Shown here piece after piece: positions 16,762 through 24,353 of a stretch of DNA of 32,000 bases (position 1 is the first letter of the stretch; the number at the start of each line of letters is the position of its first letter). The notes beneath the pieces are model-generated. The model ran no database searches. It saw nothing but the letters and a program-made list of their open reading frames with translations, and had not been told where the DNA came from. The DNA comes from Candidatus Saccharimonadota bacterium (GTDB lineage: Bacteria > Patescibacteriota > Saccharimonadia > Saccharimonadales > Saccharimonadaceae). Both the position numbers and the translations under genes were made by a program. Location of the stretch: assembly GCA_001029695.1 (NCBI GenBank), contig CP011211.1, positions 960,001 to 992,000 of the forward strand, read 5' to 3'.

Positions 16762-16783
16762 TTATCCACAGAATTGTGGATAA
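16762..16783. promoter_or_regulatory. Inverted pair of perfect DnaA-box 9-mers
   Basis: TTATCCACA (16762-16770), gaat, TGTGGATAA (16775-16783). Both match the TTATCCACA consensus exactly. Confidence 0.5.
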
Positions 16784-16814
16784 GTAAGACACGTCTGTGT
16801 TTATTGTCAAAATT

Positions 16815-16848
16815 GGGGGTTGTAGTGGGTAGTTGTGGGTAGTATGAT
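16815..16848 (+). promoter_or_regulatory. Putative MraZ operator (3 G-rich pentamer repeats, 10-bp period) overlapping the Pmra -10
   Basis: GGGGG 16815-16819, GTGGG 16825-16829 and GTGGG 16835-16839, each separated by a 5-nt spacer. -35-like TTGTAG (16820-16825), a 17-nt spacer, then -10 TATGAT (16843-16848). Confidence 0.6.
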
Positions 16849-16874
16849 AAGTCCAGTGGCAAACGTAGAACACC

Positions 16875-16891
16875 TACAAAAACAAACACAC
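16875..16891 (+). repeat. 17-nt exact repeat TACAAAAACAAACACAC, copy 1 (mraZ leader)
   Basis: Identical to 17557-17573. Lies within a G-poor CA-rich leader. Confidence 0.8.
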
Positions 16892-16945
16892 CACTAAACA
16901 AAACATTAAAAACCAATCTAACCAAAAACCCGGAAAGGGAATACG

Positions 16946-17317
16946 GTGGCCAGTATAGATTATTTTGAACGAAAGCTCGATGACAAGCGTCGATTGACGA
17001 TACCATCTGAGCTGCGCGATGAATTATCAAGCGGCGTTGTACTCACTAGGGGATTTGGCAAGTATCTTCATATGTATCCACAGCAAACGTGGGACAACGA
17101 AGTCGAACCAGAGCTAAAGGGAAGTATACTCGATGAACGAGTTGCTGACTTGAACGTACGGTTTCGACGCGGGAAGACCGATGCACAACTTGACATGAAA
17201 CAGGGTCGAGTGACAATCGAGCAGCATCTGCTTGAGTATGCTGGTATTGACCGAGATCTTGTAGCCGTTCGAGCTGGCGCCTATTGGCGTATCATGAGTC
17301 CGTCTGCCGAAGATTAG
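16946..17317 (+). CDS. mraZ: Transcriptional regulator MraZ
   Basis: Two SpoVT/AbrB-like halves: KLDDKRRLTIPSELRDEL and LDMKQGRVTIEQHLLEYAGIDRDLVAVRAGAYWRIMS. GTG start with the SD GAAAGGGA. It sits first in the dcw cluster. Confidence 0.9.
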   Translation: MASIDYFERKLDDKRRLTIPSELRDELSSGVVLTRGFGKYLHMYPQQTWDNEVEPELKGSILDERVADLNVRFRRGKTDAQLDMKQGRVTIEQHLLEYAGIDRDLVAVRAGAYWRIMSPSAED

Positions 17318-17495
17318 GTATATCAATTCGTCCTTTAACAATTCAACAAAGTAGAGAAACACTCTCGAGATCAACTATCTGGTAATAGTGCGTGGAAAAC
17401 TGCAAGAACCACATCATCAAAAAAAGACTTGTCGCACCTTCCTCTAAAACACACCTCCCAAAAAACTCCACCTCACAAACACATAAGTCTCTCAA

Positions 17496-17547
17496 CCGGT
17501 TTGATAGGGTATGAGTTACATAGTAACCCCCCAGTAATTCAAACCGG
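17496..17547 (+). other. Predicted nested stem-loop in the mraZ-rsmH spacer
   Basis: Outer 9-bp stem CCGGTTTGA (17496-17504) / TCAAACCGG (17539-17547). Inner pairs are GTTAC (17515-17519) / GTAAC (17523-17527) and GGG (17507-17509) / CCC (17528-17530). Confidence 0.3.
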
Positions 17548-17556
17548 ACCACTTAT

Positions 17557-17573
17557 TACAAAAACAAACACAC
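17557..17573 (+). repeat. 17-nt exact repeat TACAAAAACAAACACAC, copy 2 (rsmH upstream)
   Basis: Identical to 16875-16891. Confidence 0.8.
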
Positions 17574-17629
17574 TATGCGAAAACAAACAGCGCTATTACC
17601 GGTTAGGTGATCTCGAACTTTACGACTAA

Positions 17630-17638
17630 TGATATAGT
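17630..17638 (+). promoter_or_regulatory. Extended -10 TGATATAGT, 7 nt upstream of the rsmH ATG
   Basis: TGnTATAGT at 17630-17638, with ATG at 17646 and no SD. Confidence 0.45.
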
Positions 17639-17645
17639 AGTAAAG

Positions 17646-18542
17646 ATGAGTAAAGAACATCCACCACATCAAAATTTACATGTTCCAGTTCTTCTAGAAG
17701 CAACGCTTGATTCACTACATCCTATTGAGGGCGAGAATTATCTTGATCTCACGGCGGGATATGGCGGTCATGCAGAACGCTTTTTAGAAGTAACTAAAAA
17801 TTTCTCGGATTCCGTTTTGGTTGATCGGGACGACTACGCAATTGCGCGGTTGTCACGATTTGAGCAAGAAGGGGTTCGTTTGATGCATACCGACTTTGTC
17901 AGTGCTGCAAAAGCATTGGTCGAAGAAGGGAAGCAATTCGATATTGTACTGGCTGATTTGGGGGTGTCGTCACCACAGCTCGACCAGGGCGAACGAGGGT
18001 TTTCTTTTAAAAATAGTGGTCCACTCGATATGAGAATGGATCGTCGGCAAGAAGTGTCAGCGGAAACGTTGGTAAATACACTAACGGCAGATGAGCTTAT
18101 TCGAATTATTCGTGATTACGGCGAAGAGCCGCATGGATTTGCAAAACGTATCGCTGAGGCGATCGTGGTGAATCGACCATTTACTTCGACAGAAGAACTC
18201 GCAGAACTGATCAAGCAACAACATCGGGGCAAGTGGACGAAAGTTCATCCTGCCACGCGCACTTTTCAAGCTCTCCGTATTGCGGTCAACCAAGAGCTTC
18301 GGCAAGTTGAAGAGTTACTCCCACTCCTTCCACGACTTCTAAAGAATCAAGGAAGAGTAGGTATTATCAGCTTCCATAGCTTAGAGGATCGGCTAGTAAA
18401 GCGCTATTTCAAAGAACAAATAGATGCTGGACTCGAAGCCGAACTTCAGATTCTGACTAAAAAGCCGCTCGACGGAGCCACTTACGACGTTCACAATCCG
18501 CGGTCACGAAGCAGCAAGTTTCGGGCAGCAGTGAAAAAATAA
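17646..18542 (+). CDS. rsmH: 16S rRNA (cytosine1402-N4)-methyltransferase RsmH
   Basis: HVPVLLEATLDSL, DLTAGYGGHAE, LADLGVSSPQLD, RGFSF..GPLDMRMD, ISFHSLEDRLVKRYF. I chose the start at ATG 17646, not the ORF-track start at 17607. Confidence 0.95.
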   Translation: MSKEHPPHQNLHVPVLLEATLDSLHPIEGENYLDLTAGYGGHAERFLEVTKNFSDSVLVDRDDYAIARLSRFEQEGVRLMHTDFVSAAKALVEEGKQFDIVLADLGVSSPQLDQGERGFSFKNSGPLDMRMDRRQEVSAETLVNTLTADELIRIIRDYGEEPHGFAKRIAEAIVVNRPFTSTEELAELIKQQHRGKWTKVHPATRTFQALRIAVNQELRQVEELLPLLPRLLKNQGRVGIISFHSLEDRLVKRYFKEQIDAGLEAELQILTKKPLDGATYDVHNPRSRSSKFRAAVKK

Positions 18543-18642
18543 AACAAAAAAACGAAAGGGCAAAACACCATGCCAATTCATATTCCAGTACAAAACGCAT
18601 CAGTCGAAACACGAATCGCTGTACGCGTAAAATAATTGTTGT

Positions 18643-18666
18643 GCCGGCGAACTTTCGTTCGCCGGC
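18643..18666 (+). terminator. GC-rich hairpin (terminator/attenuator-like) between rsmH and ftsL
   Basis: GCCGGCGAAC (18643-18652), loop TTTC, GTTCGCCGGC (18657-18666), followed only by TTTC. The T-tract is weak, so its function is uncertain. Confidence 0.4.
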
Positions 18667-18756
18667 TTTCGCAACGCCATTTTATGGTAATTAAAATACG
18701 TTACGAAAGCCTTTTTACAACCCAAAAAATAAACATAAAAATGAGACTCCACCACA

Positions 18757-19104
18757 ATGTCATATCAAAGAACTCAACAATTTAGCAGTCGACGCCAGCA
18801 GGGCTGGAACCGCAACCAGAATACAACTCGATTTGTGTCTGCCATTAAACTAGGGCCAGTTGCTCATACAGTTATTGTGGCGCTTATGATTACTGTACTT
18901 GGTCTGATATACTTAACACAGGCAACTCGGGCAACCAGCTATGACTATCAAGCAAAAGAAATTGACAGTCAGATTGCAGAATTGACGACTAAAAAGGGCG
19001 ACCTTGAGGTTGAAAATGCTCGTCTCACTGCACTTGAGGCTGTGCAAAACAGTAGCGTTGCTCGTGAAATGACGCAGCCTGCATCGACCGAATACGCTCG
19101 TTAA
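18757..19104 (+). CDS. ftsL: FtsL-like cell division protein
   Basis: 115 aa with a single TM helix (VAHTVIVALMITVLGLIYL) followed by a coiled-coil-like region (IDSQIAELTTKKGDLEVENARLTALEA). It lies between rsmH and ftsI. Confidence 0.6.
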   Translation: MSYQRTQQFSSRRQQGWNRNQNTTRFVSAIKLGPVAHTVIVALMITVLGLIYLTQATRATSYDYQAKEIDSQIAELTTKKGDLEVENARLTALEAVQNSSVAREMTQPASTEYAR

Positions 19105-19118
19105 TTATAGATACACTT

Positions 19119-20861
19119 ATGAAGCTAGAGATACAAAAGGGTAGTAGATCAAAAATTCTCGCCATCATCGTCGTTGGACTGATGGCGGTTTTTGTGGTTC
19201 GGCTCTTTTATCTTCAAATTATCAAACACGACGAATATGTCGCACTTGCCAATAGCGAGCAAGTAAAGCGCTTAACGATCCCTGCGAAGCGGGGGCTTAT
19301 CTACGCCATGGACGGCACTCGTCCAGTTGAGCTAGTGCTCAATGAGACAGTGTATACATTGTTTGCTGATCCAAAAATTATCAAAGACAAGTCAAAGATA
19401 ACTGATACAATCCATCGAATCGCTGGTGGAAATGTCCGACCAAATATAGACGTTCTTCTCGATAAAAAAGAGACTCGATATCAAATACTTGCTACGAAGC
19501 TTTCACGAGCCCAAGCAGAGCTTATTAAGAAAGAAAAACTCGCTGGAATTGGCTTCCAGGAGGTATCACAGCGCGTTTATCCAGAAGGTGGCTTGGCTGC
19601 TCAGACGCTAGGGTTTGTGAACGCCGAAGGCATTGGTCAGTATGGTGTTGAGAGCAAACTAGACGCACGACTCAAAGGTGAGGATGGCATGCTCCAGTCG
19701 GTTACTGACGTCAGTAATGTACCGCTGACGATTGGTGATCGCAACGTGCATGATCCTGCAAAAAACGGCGATAACGTCGTACTTACAATTGATCGAAACA
19801 TCCAAGCATATACCGAAAAAGCCTTAGCGACAGGACTTCAGCAAACCGGCGCTCAAAAGGGAAGCGTCATAGTTATGAATCCCGAAAACGGTAGAGTTAT
19901 GGCGATGGCAAATCTACCTACATATAAACCTGCTGAATTTAATAAAGTACAAGATGCGGACGCTTTTAACAACGCTGTTATCACTAGTCCATACGAGCCA
20001 GGTTCGGATATTAAGACGCTTACAGTAGCAATGGGGCTTGATAAGGGCGTCATCGAACCTAACTCGACATTTGTGAATACGGATAGCATCAAGGTAGAGG
20101 ATAGGACCATCGGCAATGCAACCAAAGGTCAAACAGGGACGATTACGATGCAGACAGCATTAAACTACTCTCTCAATACGGGTATGGTAACAATTGCTCA
20201 GCGTTTGGGTGATGGCAAAAGTATCAATGCTAATGCCCGAAATACGATGTACGAATATTTTCATGATCGTTTTGGGTTTGGGATGAAAACAGGCATCGAA
20301 CTTGCTGGTGAGCAGCCCGGTACGATCATAGCCCCAACGCGGCAAGAAGGTAACGCAGTGCGATACTCCAACATGGCATTTGGGCAGGGTATGGACCTCA
20401 CTATGGCTCAAGTGAGTGCGGCATTTTGCTCAATCATCAACGGTGGAACCTACTTCAAGCCGACTGTTCTAGCAGGAACAATGAGCGTCGACCGTAAGAC
20501 GTTCAAAGAAGATACAGTGCAGCCGGTTCGCAGTGCAGTGATTTCACCGAGTTCATCAGCGAAAGCTCGAGCGATGGTGTACGAGGCCCGTACAAAATTT
20601 TATGCTGGTAAAGATAAACCGGGATATGAAATTGGTGGAAAAACAGGAACATCACAGACGATCGTTAACGGCAAGTATGTCGACAATCAAACTGATGGAA
20701 CATATCTTGGATATGGTGGCGACGATCGACCTCGATATGTCATAATGGTGCAAGTATCAGGCAAAAATATGAATCTTGAAGGCGGTAAGCATGCACTGCC
20801 GATATTTACTGATATTTCCAACTGGATGATAGATTACCTAAAATTACAGCCAAAGGGCTAA
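19119..20861 (+). CDS. ftsI: Penicillin-binding protein 2/3-type transpeptidase (FtsI)
   Basis: N-terminal TM helix, a PBP dimerisation region, and transpeptidase motifs SDIK (SxxK), SLN (SxN) and KTGTS (KTG). Confidence 0.9.
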   Translation: MKLEIQKGSRSKILAIIVVGLMAVFVVRLFYLQIIKHDEYVALANSEQVKRLTIPAKRGLIYAMDGTRPVELVLNETVYTLFADPKIIKDKSKITDTIHRIAGGNVRPNIDVLLDKKETRYQILATKLSRAQAELIKKEKLAGIGFQEVSQRVYPEGGLAAQTLGFVNAEGIGQYGVESKLDARLKGEDGMLQSVTDVSNVPLTIGDRNVHDPAKNGDNVVLTIDRNIQAYTEKALATGLQQTGAQKGSVIVMNPENGRVMAMANLPTYKPAEFNKVQDADAFNNAVITSPYEPGSDIKTLTVAMGLDKGVIEPNSTFVNTDSIKVEDRTIGNATKGQTGTITMQTALNYSLNTGMVTIAQRLGDGKSINANARNTMYEYFHDRFGFGMKTGIELAGEQPGTIIAPTRQEGNAVRYSNMAFGQGMDLTMAQVSAAFCSIINGGTYFKPTVLAGTMSVDRKTFKEDTVQPVRSAVISPSSSAKARAMVYEARTKFYAGKDKPGYEIGGKTGTSQTIVNGKYVDNQTDGTYLGYGGDDRPRYVIMVQVSGKNMNLEGGKHALPIFTDISNWMIDYLKLQPKG

Positions 20862-20870
20862 AGGAACACT

Positions 20871-21911
20871 GTGGAAACATTTACACTCGATCAACTTACT
20901 TCAGAACTTGTCACAACATTCCTGCTTAGCTTTGGTGCGTTTGTACTTGCCATGCTTTTGACACCTCTTTATACATCACTTGCATATCGATTTAAGTTTT
21001 GGAAAAAGCAGCGCGACACAAGTACGACAGGGGAGAAGCTGTTAGTGTTTGTGAAGCTGCACGAGGCGAAGTTTAAGAGAAACATCCCGACGATGGCGGG
21101 AATTATCGCTGTGCTTGCAGTAACTGTCGTAACAGTTGGATTTAACCTTGACCGTGCGCAGACGTGGCTGCCGCTTGCAGCCCTTATCGGTGGCGGACTT
21201 GTTGGATTGCTTGACGATATTATCAATATACGAGGACAAGGGACGGGAGTTGCAGGCCTGCGCTCAAGCTTTAAATTCCTTATGATCACTGCACTTGGCG
21301 TAGGGCTTGGATGGTTTTTTGTAGTAAAGCTTGGCTTTAACACCGTGAATCTTCCATTCCTTGGTGATTTTGCGTTAGGCTGGATGATGATTCCATTATT
21401 TGCATTTGCCGTTGTTGCTGCAGGTAATGCGGTAAATATTAGCGATGGTCTCGATGGCCTCGCTGGAGGCTTACTGCTTGCATCATTCGGTGCATTTGGT
21501 GTTATAGCGCTCCTTCAAGGTAACTTCGGCATTGCGGGCTTTTGTTTCACGGTTATTGGTGCGCTTTTTGCATACTTGTGGTTCAATATCTATCCAGCAC
21601 GTTTCTTTATGGGTGATGTGGGGAGCTTTGCGCTTGGCACTAGTCTCGGTGTTGTCGCGATGCTGACTAATAGCTTTTTCCTTCTTCCTGTTATTGGTAT
21701 CTTGTTTGTTGTCGAGGCGGGTTCAAGCGCTATACAGATATTTAGCAAAAAAGTATTTAAACGAAAAGTATTTATTTCTGCGCCAATTCATCATCATCTC
21801 GAAGCAATTGGTTGGCCTGAAACGAAGGTGACCATGCGTTTTTGGGTGATTGCTTGCGTTGCTGCATTCTGTGGTGTCTTACTTGCACTTGTCGGAGGGC
21901 ATATCTCTTAA
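20871..21911 (+). CDS. mraY: Phospho-N-acetylmuramoyl-pentapeptide transferase
   Basis: NAVNISDGLDGLAGG, FMGDVGSFALG, APIHHHLE. GTG start with the SD AAAGGA. Confidence 0.95.
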   Translation: METFTLDQLTSELVTTFLLSFGAFVLAMLLTPLYTSLAYRFKFWKKQRDTSTTGEKLLVFVKLHEAKFKRNIPTMAGIIAVLAVTVVTVGFNLDRAQTWLPLAALIGGGLVGLLDDIINIRGQGTGVAGLRSSFKFLMITALGVGLGWFFVVKLGFNTVNLPFLGDFALGWMMIPLFAFAVVAAGNAVNISDGLDGLAGGLLLASFGAFGVIALLQGNFGIAGFCFTVIGALFAYLWFNIYPARFFMGDVGSFALGTSLGVVAMLTNSFFLLPVIGILFVVEAGSSAIQIFSKKVFKRKVFISAPIHHHLEAIGWPETKVTMRFWVIACVAAFCGVLLALVGGHIS

Positions 21912-23239
21912 TGCAACAAGGGTGGCGCTCAACACGTACGGCGGCAAGTAGAAGAGTCAAAGGTGTGGCTCAATCTGCTGTTGCCTCGGTACGACGACAC
22001 CGTCCTGACTACCAGATTGCTTTGTATATGGGCCTTCTCATGCTGATTGGCCTTGTGGTGATGTATGCGATTGGGCCGCAACGCGCCAACTTCCTCAATA
22101 CGAGTGAGGGGACTGATTTTTATACAAGCACATACTTCTTCATCAAGCAGACTGTCAGTTTGTCGCTCGCGATAGCTTTTTTTGTATTTATGTCGATGGT
22201 GCCGTATAAAATTATTGATAAATACGCTGCAAAGGTATTAATAGTCGCATTTGCGGCCTGTGCGCTGCTTGTTTTTATGGGCAATATTTTAAATGTAGAG
22301 TGGCTTACGCTCTGTACGAAAGGTGCGTGTCGTTGGTTTGTCGTTCCTGGTCTGGGCACTATTCAGCCAGCAGAATTTTTGAAGTTTGGTATCTTATTAT
22401 TTACTGCTGGATTTCTGGGTGTTCGTTCACAGCAAGGGTTGATCAATGACGTCCAGAAGACACTCATTCCCATCGGAATTGTTACTGCGCTTGCGATGTT
22501 TTTCGTGATACTGATGCAAAAGGATATGGGAACGGGAATCGCACTTGTTTCTATTCTTGCGACAATGCTTGTTGTGTCTGGAATGCGGTGGAGACTGCTT
22601 TCAACGATTTTTGTAGGGCTTATTGTAGCAGGGTTGCTCTTAATCGTTGTTGCGCCTCATCGTATGGATCGGGTGACAACGTTTTTCAATGGTGATAATA
22701 CATCAGTGGACGAAAAGGGTGGATATCATATTACGCATGCTAAAATTGCGATAGGAACAGGCGGTGTTCTCGGGGTTGGTATAGGCAATAGTGTGCAGGC
22801 GTCTGGGTATCTCCCTGAATCGATTAATGACTCGGTCTTTGCGATTATGGGTGAGACATTTGGTTTCTTGGGACTTGTCGGTGTTTTGGCGTTATTTACA
22901 GCATTACTTCTACGGCTACTCAAGGTTACTGATCATCTTGTCGATATGAAACTCAAGTTACTTGTTGCAGGGGTGTTTGGCTGGTTAGGTTCGCATACTA
23001 TATTAAATGTTGCAGCTATGATCGGGGTATTTCCGCTGACGGGCATTACATTGCCGCTTCTCAGTTTCGGGGGAACGAGTATGATATTTATCGGCGGGGC
23101 GCTGGGCTTAGCGTTTCAGCTATCGCGTTATACGGCATTTGGAGGTAAACTAGAGGGACATGACAAAGAAAATTCTAGCAGTCGGCGGGGGGTCGGGCGG
23201 TCACGTTACTCCAGTCGTCGCAGTACTCCGCGAACTTAA
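21911..23239 (+). CDS. ftsW: SEDS-family peptidoglycan glycosyltransferase FtsW
   Basis: ATG 21911 overlaps the mraY TAA (TAATG). Multi-TM protein with the motifs QPAEFLKF, PESINDSVFA and LPLLSFGGTSM. The C-terminal 27 codons overlap murG. Confidence 0.9.
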   Translation: MQQGWRSTRTAASRRVKGVAQSAVASVRRHRPDYQIALYMGLLMLIGLVVMYAIGPQRANFLNTSEGTDFYTSTYFFIKQTVSLSLAIAFFVFMSMVPYKIIDKYAAKVLIVAFAACALLVFMGNILNVEWLTLCTKGACRWFVVPGLGTIQPAEFLKFGILLFTAGFLGVRSQQGLINDVQKTLIPIGIVTALAMFFVILMQKDMGTGIALVSILATMLVVSGMRWRLLSTIFVGLIVAGLLLIVVAPHRMDRVTTFFNGDNTSVDEKGGYHITHAKIAIGTGGVLGVGIGNSVQASGYLPESINDSVFAIMGETFGFLGLVGVLALFTALLLRLLKVTDHLVDMKLKLLVAGVFGWLGSHTILNVAAMIGVFPLTGITLPLLSFGGTSMIFIGGALGLAFQLSRYTAFGGKLEGHDKENSSSRRGVGRSRYSSRRSTPRT

Positions 23240-24326
23240 ATCTCAGGATCCTTCTATAGAAGTACGATTTTGGTGCGATAATACTTTTGGTCGACAGGCA
23301 AAAAGTATCGTTGGCTACTATGATCCTGAAGTGCGTGTAGATACGATCATCTCAGGTAAACTGCGCCGGTATCATCATTTGACGTTTTTACAACATCTAA
23401 CTATTCCATCTGTCCTATGGCCAAACCTAAGAGATGGCGTGCTCGTTGTTGCTGGTGTAGTGCAGAGTGTGAGTAAGTTGTTGATTTGGCGTCCGGATGT
23501 CGTCTTCACTAAAGGAGGCTATGTTTGTTTGCCGGTGGGCTGGGCGGCTCGTTTTTTGCGTATTCCACTAGTTATTCATGATAGCGATGCGCATCCAGGT
23601 CTCACGAACAGATTACTAGCAAAGCACGCTGATATTATTGCCACAGGAGCGCCCTTAGAGTATTATTCCTATCCGAAAGAAAGGTCTTACTATGTTGGTA
23701 TTCCTATCGGGGAGGAATTTAAACCATTTTCTCAGGAAGAACAACGTCATGCAAAGCGTCTACTGGGAGTTTCACTTGATAAGCCGTTAATCGTCATTAC
23801 GGGTGGTGGTCTAGGGGCAAAATTATTAAATGATGCCGTCGTATTGCATCTCGATGCACTCATGGAGCTTGGAACAGTTATACTTGTCTCGGGTTCGGCT
23901 CAGTATGATGAGCTTCGTGCGATTACTCCAAGTGGTGATAGTCGTTTCCAGCTTCATGCATTTATATCAAATGGCATGGCGCAGCTTCTTGGTGCCGCTG
24001 ATGTTGTTGTTACAAGAGCTGGAGCAACCACAATACTCGAGCTTGCAGGCCTCGCAAAGCCAACAATTCTCGTCCCGAATGGCCGACTTACTGGTGGGCA
24101 TCAGCTAAAGAACGCGAAAGTGTATGAAGACAAGAAGGCTGTACTTGTCATTGACGACAATAAGTTTGCCGAGCCGAGCGATGCATCTCTCGTGACCGCC
24201 GTAAAAACAGTCCTCGGTGATTCCAAGCTTCAAGAGTCGCTGTCTGCTGCGATTCGCACATTTGCAAAGCCGAATGCAGCAAAAGATGTCGCTAAATTAA
24301 TCATTCAGGCCATCAAAAAACAGTAG
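23160..24326 (+). CDS. murG: UDP-GlcNAc:lipid I N-acetylglucosaminyltransferase MurG
   Basis: KILAVGGGSGGHVTP G-loop, ITGGGLGA, VVTRAGATTILEL. GGAGG/GAGGGA lies upstream. Confidence 0.95.
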   Translation: MTKKILAVGGGSGGHVTPVVAVLRELKSQDPSIEVRFWCDNTFGRQAKSIVGYYDPEVRVDTIISGKLRRYHHLTFLQHLTIPSVLWPNLRDGVLVVAGVVQSVSKLLIWRPDVVFTKGGYVCLPVGWAARFLRIPLVIHDSDAHPGLTNRLLAKHADIIATGAPLEYYSYPKERSYYVGIPIGEEFKPFSQEEQRHAKRLLGVSLDKPLIVITGGGLGAKLLNDAVVLHLDALMELGTVILVSGSAQYDELRAITPSGDSRFQLHAFISNGMAQLLGAADVVVTRAGATTILELAGLAKPTILVPNGRLTGGHQLKNAKVYEDKKAVLVIDDNKFAEPSDASLVTAVKTVLGDSKLQESLSAAIRTFAKPNAAKDVAKLIIQAIKKQ

Positions 24327-24353
24327 TCATCTGCTACAATTAACAGTAGCATT

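Noticed and set aside
16716-17030. 104-aa minus-strand ORF spanning the terminator, DnaA boxes, mraZ promoter and mraZ 5' end
   Set aside because: It overlaps well-supported regulatory elements and the mraZ start. It has no RBS and its sequence is not protein-like.
17343-17629. ORFs of 69 aa (minus) and 66 aa (plus) in the mraZ-rsmH spacer
   Set aside because: Their composition is low-complexity, they use non-ATG or unsupported starts without an SD, and they overlap the predicted RNA structure. I treat them as non-coding.
21842-21910. Upstream extension of the ftsW ORF
   Set aside because: It overlaps the conserved 3' end of mraY and encodes a Cys-rich nonsense peptide. The TAATG junction at 21909-21913 is the natural coupled start.
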